A DNA stretch of 64,000 nucleotides, from positions 4,870,267-4,934,266 of the forward strand of contig NW_002060947.1 of assembly GCF_000150275.1 (NCBI RefSeq), given 5' to 3'. The translations under genes and the position numbers were made by a program. Below the pieces are notes generated by a model, which saw only the letters and a program-made list of their open reading frames with translations, was not told where the DNA came from and ran no database searches. Position 1 is the stretch's first letter; every line of letters starts with the position of its first letter. The stretch comes from Trichoplax adhaerens. Lineage: Eukaryota > Animalia > Placozoa. Shown piece by piece: positions 53,868 to 64,000 of this stretch.

Positions 53868-55187
53868 TGCTTTACAGTAGAATTTTTGGCATAGTAGCTA
53901 GTAAAATCATATCAGTAGAATTTATTGTTGTATGAAGTACATTACCGGTATGAAAAAATATAGAAGTTAGAATCGTGAATTGATACATCCTCTTGTCTAA
54001 CAGGTATCTCCTATAAGAAAAAACCAGAAGGATAGTGTATTATTGTATTCTTATCTACTAATAATGCAGTAGTATTTACGAGCTGGTCAAACGTAGCTGT
54101 TTATTAATGTAGACACTAGCTAAGTAATTAATTTACATGCTAAGAAAGGTAAGTTCATTTAAGGGAATGTAATATTTAGTACTCTTCTGCTTTAATTCAT
54201 AACGGAACATTGCTGAATTTTATGAATAAGCAATAATTCCCACCAGTCTCGATAGTTTACATTCTATGGGCTCTGAAATAATGATGATGCAAAGGAAAAC
54301 TAATGGACTAGTGCATACGCATTCCAATGTCAATGTCTAATGCTTTTACGTATTTTTAATATGTTACATCAAGAATAACAAAACAATCCAAGCTTCATTT
54401 CCTAGGCCTATCAGTATTCAAGCATTTTAATCTGATATTAATAAAATGCTAAGAAATTAATAAACTTATTTGCAAGATTTCTAGAATAATAGAATTGAAA
54501 TTTAGAGATATCATGCTAAATTTGTATTAACCAAAAGATTACGTTAACTATTCCATGAGCAACGATCCCGAGTAATCTCAGCGAATAGATCGTACTTCAA
54601 AATTTAAATGTAGTTCTTTAGTGTACACATCTTTACGTCTAAATTCGATTGTTTAAGCCCTAAGGTATTATGAGCTATAGCATTACAAAGCTTTTGATCG
54701 TATTAGCTTTAAAAATATGTAATAGGCATGGAAATGATTCATAAGCATTAGTAATCTCAGTATTAGTAGTTCTATTAATCTAAATATATATTTTAGATGC
54801 TTCCTGGCCAGTAACTTGGAGGACAGCCAGAATTAAGCGTAACAATTCTTTCTAACAAACATGGCTATACGCCTACGATGGTAACAAGATACAGTTTCAT
54901 CATCTTGTATAAGATAGCACAACAGCTACTACTTTAGCTTTAAGATAATAAATTTTAGCAATGAAATAATTACAATTGATACCATGTATGTTATCTTTAC
55001 TTATGCATTATTATAACAGCTAAAGGTGGTTAAATTAACATCAAATAGCTATATCAATTGGAAATTTTATGCTGAGAAAAGTTAATAAAATTGAAATATT
55101 CACTAACGGATGTTGTTGCTTTAGGGTCTACAACTTTAGGCCGATTATCAGATATTACTATGTTACCTAATGATTATTCCTAGTATG

Positions 55188-58100
55188 TTACAGCTTGCTA
55201 TTCTCATACAACAGTTGGAACGATGGATGAATTATATCAATTAAATCTGATACTATCATCGATCTCCCTTTCAGTTTGAATGCAGCTTCTGCACAGGTCT
55301 TGACTAATAAGCATGCAGCATAGGCAGCAGTAAGAGTTGGAGATAACGTATTCATCCTAAATGAATGCAATATGGGTCTTTAGTAAAATTAAACAATAAT
55401 TAAGCCTATGAATTGCATAGGAGAGACAACCACAATACTAACACGTTTTTTATCATCATTTACGTATGATTTTAAGAAATAAGGCAAATTGAAAACAAAT
55501 TTGATAAAAATAGAATTTATTTATAGCGTACCTGCTATCGTTTCTACTAGTTTCTTTTTCATTAGTACGAGCCCAATGCAAAAATGTGCCCATTGAGCCA
55601 GATAAGATATCACCCTGACCGCCACATCTGCGCGAGCAACCAGCTGCATCGCATATCAGATCTAAGAAGTTTAATATTTTATGTTATTAATGACGATTCA
55701 ATAGCTAAAAGCTTTCGAATTTATCATTTCGAACAGTTAATCACCGTCTGTTACTGTCTACTGTAATATATAAATTTCTAATATGGTATTTGTCTGGCTC
55801 TAACCTTCAATTCCATTGGAAATAATGTCACGGCTACCTTTTTGTACTACTGTTACATTTCCCAGCGCATTTGCAACATCTTTAGTATTGGATACACCAA
55901 GGTTTGCATCTGGAGATTTACCCATCTAACAATGTAGTAATTATCTTTAGGAGTTTGACGTAATAATACCTGTAAAGGCTATTTAACGGTACTATAGCGA
56001 CTAAAACAATTAGCAATAACTGATATGGTCAGTACATCATAAACATACGAGGGTTGAGTATAAACGAGAAAATTCTACTTTGTTTGGCGTGAGAATAGCA
56101 AACTTGTAGCCTTTGATTATATCTGGATATTTAGTAACGATGTATAAGCCATCCTATTGTGTGAGGTAAAAGGTAAATAAGTTGTCGCAATTTATGCAGA
56201 TTGCTACTCCAGATTATATTCTTAAATATGGATCGGTTAAAACTTAGACAATAGTTTCAATCATGGCTAAAGTTAACAATGACGGCTGTGGATTTAATCC
56301 GATTTATAACGTTTCAATACTTTATAAAATAAGAACAGCATCAATAATTTCTGGTAAAAAAGATTTAGTGCTATAAGTATTAAGATAGCAAGAAATGTCA
56401 TCTTTAAATGCAAGGACATCAAAATCATGTACAAATATTAAACTGATTAAAAAGGCTATGCCTCGGAGATAAACTGATCTCAGTTTGTAATAATAGAAGG
56501 AACACTTCAGTATGTCTTAGTAACAGACAGGATAATAAGAGAAATCTATATCTTAGAATATGTACGTTCTAGAAAGGGTATTATCGCAGCAAAGGTTACA
56601 ATCATCTTTGCGTCCTCGTATACAACTGTACATTGAAATACTTACAGCATCAATCACGATGTTAACTTGCTTTGCTTTTGCTTTAGCAATTATTTTCTAA
56701 GGTAGTAACAATAAAGAAATGGTTTCGATCAGAATCTTGCATGTTTTGTAGCAGGATAGTTCAGGTATGCATAACACAAATCTACGGCTATTGAGGTTCA
56801 TTACTGTCGCAACCTTTTAACCTGTTAGATTAATGTTCATCAATAGAGTATTGTATCCTCTGCTTTATTATGCTGTACTAGGTCGACGATCTGGTTATTA
56901 CTAAGTGATAAGGATAATTAGTTCAATAACCTTTACTGTTTCAACAACTTCATCATCTCTGCCCAATCCAGGTCCAATAACAAGACAGTGCATCCGTGGT
57001 AGCCATTCATCGAAAATGTTGACAGCATTTTGATGATCTCTACAAATCGAGGACGAATGGAAATCTCGTTACCTCTGAATATTTCATGATATGTATAATA
57101 CTGTACATCATCATCAGATATTTCATTAATTCATATGCATACAGCATCGGATGGACAATCAACTCTGGACTATAGGTTTTTATGGGAATTCCAGCATCAG
57201 CAGTGCAAAATATATGAGATAGATCACCCCCCTGTCAAATGGATAGAAAACTTGTAAGTGAATATATATTTTAGGATACAATAATGCATTACTAAATTAA
57301 TTTGGAAGTTGCCTTGATCTATCAACGTTTTAAGTAGAGTACATACATCTTCATTACTTAATTAAAGGTAGAAAGTTACAGCTGGAATTGTAGTAGCTAT
57401 CGATAATAAAGACTAGAGTCTCATTAGAAGGAGAGATTATAATGGGCAATAGTAGCTTTTAATAGTATTCTTTTAATAGTATTCTTGGTTAAGTCTCATT
57501 AGAAGGAGAGATTGTAATGGGCAACAGTAGCTTTTAATAGTATTCTTGGTTATATATATAGTAAAATGTTAATTGCGGTCACCATACAATTGCTGACTGC
57601 ACTTTCAAGTCATAGGCAACAGTAGCTTTTAACAGTATTCTTGGGTACAGATACAGTAAAGTGTTAATTGTGCTCACTATTCAATTGCTGACTGCAAGTT
57701 CAAGTATTAGGCAACAGTAGCTTTTAACAGTATTCTTGGGTACATATACAGTAAAGTGCTAATCGCGGTCGCTATTCAATTGCTGACTGCATGTTCAAGT
57801 TTCGTTACTCTAATAGTAACGATAGTACGAATAGATTAATTTATTAGTTGATTTCAAATACAGGATCACTGCAGTCATCCTCATAATGTACAATATTTAC
57901 CACTATACTGCTAGTCAATGAATATAACGCTAAGGAGCAGAATTTTACAAGTCCTGTTTAGCAAGCCGCTAGATGTGTAACAGTAGCAGCCAGCATAACT
58001 GATCAATTAATATATGATCCATTCATTATAACTTACGGTTCTTAAAGCAGAAATACCAGCAAAATATGGAGCACCAGTATATCTAAAAATATTAAAAAAA

Positions 58101-58414
58101 AGAGAAATAGAGGCAATAGTTGAAAAATTCTTGTAACTAAGTGTGTCATGTATTAAGAAATTTGTATGCAATGAGTAAAACTTGAACACTATTTGATGCT
58201 TATCCTACTCGAAGCAACCACCGATGATAGCAATTCTACCACTCTGACCTTTATGACGATCAGAGGATAAAGGAGGTAGCATTGTACGTATTGATTGCAA
58301 AACTACTTGGACTTTGCTTTCATTATGTTGATACGCGGACTGAGATAGATTGAAGGCTTGGCTGGACATATTTCTAGCTTGAAGGAAAGATGAAATGAAT
58401 AATTGCAACCTCAT
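55188..58414 (-). CDS. NAXD: ATP-dependent (S)-NAD(P)H-hydrate dehydratase (CARKD)
   Basis: Nine exons: 58414-58209, 58082-58037, 57231-57143, 57039-56931, 56696-56646, 56153-56049, 55925-55805, 55661-55532, 55356-55188. Motifs [66 protein letters not shown] and [12 protein letters not shown]. Confidence 0.95.
57418..57800. repeat. Compound tandem repeat in NAXD intron 2 (~75-bp duplication overlapping three ~95-bp units)
   Basis: gtctcattagaaggagagatt(a/g)taatgggcaa occurs twice; ggcaacagtagcttttaa(c/t)agtattcttgg...caattgctgactgca..ttcaagt occurs three times. Confidence 0.88.
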
Positions 58415-58754
58415 CTAGTTGGAACTATTTTGCTTCCCATTGCCTAGTTGCAAGGGATGAACGAATTGCTTTACCCGCATACGATATTATACTGTACCGC
58501 AAGGGACTTCTTCGGTACAGTAAGTAGTCTAATGCCCCAAACATGCTATGACAATATATCATGAACTATAAACAACCACTGTCTGCGTACTGGATGACTG
58601 GGAAGCAAGTACTGTACACTGTCGTTACAGTATACGCATTACCGGTGTATCCGTATCAATAATTCTCTATAGTAATACCTCTACCGTATTGCTCCTACGG
58701 TACAGCAACCTGTTTTACACCTGCAGCATCTTAGGTCATCGATCTCAATATAGG

Positions 58755-59455
58755 AGGATATCGCTTGGTTTAGCTACTTTGGCAATTAATTATACGTATG
58801 ACTTAATCTGATTAATTGATACTGCATGTATGTGTATATATATATACTATATATATATTTTAGTATGGCTTATTCGTCTAATAGAGCCATTTTCCTTTAT
58901 TATGATGGTACTACCTGTAATAATATCTTGTTTAAAGTAGCGTAAAGTATTTTAAGGTAGACGATGATAGAAGGTATAAAGGATTTTATTGAGATACAAG
59001 TTATAGGCTAACAATGATATGGTTGTTATAGATAAGGTAGTTGAGATAGCAGGAACGTAGGAACTGACTAACGAGTTAGCTTATAAGGGTATTTATAGGT
59101 TTTAGATGAGATTGAGATAATGTCTTTATATGTATAGCATGTCGTCTATATGTCGTCATGATGTCGTACATTAGGAATGCAATACAATACAGTACAGTAC
59201 TTAAACGGTATATGATAAGTATTCGCATATTAGGATATTACTATACTAGGCATCTTCTATATAAGATCATAATGTTACACTACCTAAATATTGCATGTAG
59301 GATATTGTAGGATATCGCTTGGTTTAGCTACTTTGGCGATTAATTATACGTATGACTTAATCTGATTAATTGATACTGCATGTATGTGTATATATATTGT
59401 AGTATTTCATACTCGTCCAATAGAGCCATTTTCCTTTATTATTATGGTACTACCT
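58755..59455. repeat. Dispersed direct repeat, ~150-160 bp (58755-58916 and 59309-59455)
   Basis: aggatatcgcttggtttagctactttggc..ttaattatacgtatgacttaatctgattaattgatactgcatgtatgtgtatatat...aatagagccattttcctttattat..tggtactacct occurs twice. The copies differ mainly in the TA run. Confidence 0.88.
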
Positions 59456-60900
59456 AAATACTGCATGTTTTTTACATGCGAGTATTTTAGAATACTGCTT
59501 GCTTAGCTTTAGCTATTAATAGTAGGATAATAGTATATCATTTATTTACTTGAGGATATTTTAAAATATTACCTATTTAACTTTAACTATTAATGTTAGC
59601 TATAGTATGCCATTGAATGAAGCGAGGCACCAGTGCGTTATTGTAGAACATACTGCACCTGTATAACTTATTAGCTTTGATTTGAAGCGTATTTTAATGT
59701 TGATTTTAATAAACTGGTAAGTGCACACCATCAAAGAACGGGATGCTGATATAAAACATTTACTATCGGAAGGCATTCTTATCGTAATACAAAATATTAT
59801 CATTTAATGGACTGTAGCACCTTTATAGGATTGTAATGTTATATTTGACTGCTAATAAGGACCATAAATTATTTATTTACTAATTGATAAATGAATGAAA
59901 GCGTATGCGGATTATAGCATCTAACCAAAATGGTCAAATATAAGAATATAGTAATTAGGAACTCAAAGTTTTTTCTTACTGTTGATAACAAATTTAAAAA
60001 ATGAAAATTAATTCCGTTGGTGATATGCTGCTCACGTATTGAAATAATATCCTTATTTCATTTCATAGTCAGATAAATTGAAGATAGGTTTTGCTACGAC
60101 CTGACTGCAAAAACTGATTCTAATGAAGCCATATTATTCAGTCTAAAAGTACAGAAATTGACTTGGGAAAAATGTCAGCGTGAATGATCAAAGCTGGTAA
60201 GTTATCCTAATTTTTAAGATCGATATAACTCATCAGAATATCAACACTGAAGCCAATGCAAGTAATCATGCCTGTGGCTAAAATATTACGTATATAAATG
60301 TTATTAAATTTCTTTCATTTATTAATTAATTATTGTTAAAGTCTTTTACATTAAATACATAATATACAGTAGTAATTAATTGAAGAATAATGAAATAATG
60401 ATCTCCATTTTACACTGGTGAAATCAATCTCCCAATGTCTTCAGCTTGATACAAATTAATACCATTGGTAACATAAAATATAAATGTATGGGCAAAGTCT
60501 TGCCTTTTGTAAAAAGGAAAACGCTACAAAATGAACCTTGTTGTAGTAAAAAAAAACATAATTTTAATGACTATGTATAAATCTTCCCTATGTATATTTT
60601 CAACAATTTCGTAAGGGCAAAATTTTCTAAGAGTTAATATGAGCTGGTGAATATCAGGAATAATGCTTTCGAATCTGATTGGGTCAAATTCAGTATTCTT
60701 ATAGTATCAAATAATTACGCCAGCGCAACTCCACCACATATCAACGATACAACGTTGAAGAAAATGAGCCATATTATTCAGTGGCTTATGTTTATACAGG
60801 TTTTGTCAATTTTTATAAACAAAGACTTCTATCACTACAGTTTGTGGTACTACAAAGGCAAATTTCTATTCTAATAGTACCACAAATACAAGAAAAAATT

Positions 60901-63900
60901 CTAAAACGGATTTATTAACGCACCAGAATTTAGTGGGGAAAATGGGTTGGCTAAAGCCCACATGATAGCATTATTCAGAGCCATACATGACTGTCCGTTT
61001 TCTAAAAAGAACGCACTCCCCTAGAAATCATAATATCACAAGTAGATATTAGCGGTGATAATTTCTGTGACAATTGCACAGAATAAATACAGCTAAAACA
61101 TACATGTATACGAGTATCGGTGACACTGCAAAACTTTACGTCTGAATGCGAAGGATAAGATGATCCACTACAAATTACAGGACCACGAAGGGACTCACTG
61201 GTGAGTTCACCTAAGGGATAAATATTAGAACTTCATATATCTACTACTGTATATAGCGTGACGTTATGTCAAGGTCTGCAAATAATTTAGTAAGAATTGT
61301 TTTACCAATTGGATCGTAACTAACCTGCAAGCTGATACAGCTCATCCAATATCTGTCTTTGTTTGTGATCATCGAGCTTTAAATTATCCATATTATCGTT
61401 TAATAAGACTGTTGGGGCTTCATGGCTTCAAACAATAAGTAATATCCAATAAAATAGACATTTAAAGAAAGAACTGTTTATTAAATCTAAAAAAATCTGT
61501 TATTATTAGCATACTTCGGTGACAAAGTTCTCGCTTGCCAAGCCAAAATGTAAGCATTTATTTGGGTGATATTCAATGGCAGTTCAAGATCTTCTCTTTG
61601 CATTAGCGATCTTAACAATCGAATACATGCACACAAATCAAACTCTCTGATAATGTCACGAGACAATGTCGTGCAAGGAAAATCTTTAGCGCAGGGATTT
61701 CAATTCTATTTATCAAATGCGATACTAATAAAATCTTACTTTGCATTTAGAAACAATGGCCGAACAAGACTATCGTAACTCATTCGGACACACATAAGGG
61801 CACCCACAATCGATGCTAAAGCCAATAATTCCGACCTTTGCCTGAAAATATGAAACAACAAATAATGATATATACAGTATTATAGCACTGAAATAAACAA
61901 TCAATCAGCTATTAATATTGCATTTAATATCTAGATTTTATAAAGACCTCGAGCAGCTGGAGTCTTGTAACTTCTCTGGTCTTATGCAACTAAGATATTG
62001 TATTATCTCGAACACTTCATTTAAATTCCACTTCGGTTTTGACATCATTCCTATTCGACGCCATATTATGATATTAAGTAATACTGTAAGCTCAACAGTG
62101 AATTACTGGAGGTAGACTAGATATTTTCAGTAAGAACCTTTCATGGCATTTATTCCTATATCCAAAGCATCCTCAGGATTAGAGGAAAGGATGCAATTTT
62201 CTAGTCTTTCTATTAGTGGTGAATTTTCATTTTTACTTTTCTTATCGTAATATTCTATATCTGATAAACCAGCCTAAAGAATAAAATAATACAAGAATGC
62301 AACATTATTGACATTGCAAGATTTACCTTGAAAGATTTTGGTTTACGTTTACCATTTTATGCAAGGCGTTAATATTTTCTGCATTATTTGAATATCTCGC
62401 ACAAGTCATGACAAGCCATGGTTTTGAATTAGTTAATTGATTCAACATTTGAATCGCCAAATCCCTATGAAGACAGATGTTAAAGCTTAGTAATAACTGT
62501 ATTCTAATAAATAGTATTCTGTAATCTAGTAAATATCACACTGCCGTCATACCATTTCTTTAATTTTTCACACTTTCTAGCTAGCAGCCTTGCAGCAATC
62601 TCAAAACATTCATATGAGCAACGTTCTTTTAAGACTATTCCAATGCTGACAGCCAATTCTAATTCATTACCCATAATCAATCTTGACATAGCCAACTACA
62701 AACAGGGAAGCATTACAAATTCCGATATTTAGTCATGCTGTAGCAGCTTTTTTAGTCTCAAGATACTTTTCACTTACGTCATACTGATCATTCGATAGAT
62801 GGCAATTCGCTGCCATAACCGGCCGGCCGCTGGTAAAGTATCTGTTTGCAAGTAGATTTACAGTATCGTCCAGCAACCTACGTACCACATTCAATAAAAT
62901 TTATATCAGATGTAGCCAAATAACAACGTCTCAATAAGTACAAAAATCCTGCATGTCGCCAAATTACTTTTTAAAGGGAGAACTCTTAGTTTTAAGACTT
63001 GGAAGGTGTTTTGCAGCTGTTGCAATAGCAGATTCATCGTAATTTACGGGGTCAGCTTGCGCTATTTGAGCTATTAGAACCGCTTCATGCAGCCTTGCTT
63101 TACTTTTTAATAATGTAATCAGCTACATAGTAATATAATTTTATATCGAATACAGTCATTTAGGTACTACATCATAAGCATGATTACATTAAATATATAC
63201 GTAATACGATTTAGTACTGATGATAAAAAACATACATTTTCATAATTTCTGGTAGCAATAAAGTATGGTACACAATCCTCGGAGTCCTCACTGGCAAGAT
63301 ATTTAGCGTGTCTAGTTAAATGAAATATAGCGTTGGTTAATAAATACATGCAAAAAGTACTATGGACTGAAACATGCCGAAAATTCTATATGCCCGCATA
63401 TTTACCTTTCCGCAAGATTTTTCCAGAAGGTAAGTGATACTGAAGGAGCTACTGCTAAAGCTTTATCCCACTTTATGAATAATAAGCGAGATTTTAAAAT
63501 TATCAAAAACCTTTGCTTTACTATGGAAACATGAATGGACTGAAAATAGCATAAAATATCATTTCATCACATTACCTCTCCTATCTCGATTAATAATTCA
63601 CAATATTTTTGTGTGTGACCAAGCTGTAAGTATAGAGCTGCAGCTTTCCGTAATTTCTCTTCCTTACTAGTATTACCAATACCCCCGCTAAATTTTGACA
63701 TCTTGGTAGATTCCAGCTCTTGAGCTTGCGACTAAGCAGGTGATAATAAGTACGGAAAAAAATTCAGCGAAATCACTAAATCGTTTAATAATTATAAAGT
63801 TAGGAGTAAGGAAATATTTTTATTGGCACGATATTCGTTAATCATTGCCTATTGCAGTACTTATCATCAGCTTAAAAGTTAGCTAAGTAAGCCCACTCTA

Positions 63901-64000
63901 TGCTTTGCCATATCATACATACAACAATGATTAAATAAAGGCTTACGATTTTATATTTTGAAATATGTTTGACGTGCATAATCCCTTCGCTGTAATCCGT
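60901..64000 (-). CDS. WDR17: WD repeat-containing protein 17, 3' exons (gene continues off the right edge)
   Basis: Spliced exons give YSEGIMHVKHISKYKI, SQAQELESTKMSKFSGGIGNTSKEEKLRKAAALYLQLGHTQKYCELLIEIGE, WDKALAVAPSVS, GSSYPSHSDV and the terminal GSAFFLENGQSCMALNNAIMWALANPFSPLNSGALINPF* (stop 60901-60903). These match the WDR17 C-terminal region as I recall it. Confidence 0.9.

Noticed and set aside
57418-57800. CRISPR-like array
   Set aside because: Eukaryotic intron; the sequences between cores are homologous rather than unique spacers, and there are no cas genes.

Overview
AT-rich, intron-containing animal genomic DNA. The short GT-AG introns and gene set suggest a non-bilaterian such as the placozoan Trichoplax; this is inference, not verified. 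Six protein-coding genes were reconstructed by hand. (1) The 5' end of mitochondrial cysteinyl-tRNA synthetase CARS2 (-, up to 766). (2) A two-exon uncharacterised gene (+, 2662-4042). (3) A very large LRR-containing GPCR (+, 6542-29818, about 44 exons, about 1490 aa), which the ORF track shows only as its 7TM exon. It has a signal peptide, an LRRNT cap, 41 small phase-2 exons (about 42 LRRs), an RXFP/GRL101-like hinge and a 7TM domain. (4) A three-exon Dachsous cadherin (-, 33440-44795, about 3495 aa). (5) NAXD/CARKD (-, 55188-58414, 9 exons). (6) The 3' part of WDR17 (-, 60901 to the window end). The window also holds four copies of a ~630-bp non-coding TG...CA element, each with its own 4-5 bp target-site duplication; two lie in opposite orientation inside the LRR-GPCR introns. 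There are several local tandem/direct repeats, GTAC/TACAGT palindrome clusters upstream of genes, and a 50-N assembly gap. The most notable candidate system is the ~42-LRR receptor built from frame-symmetric cassette exons.
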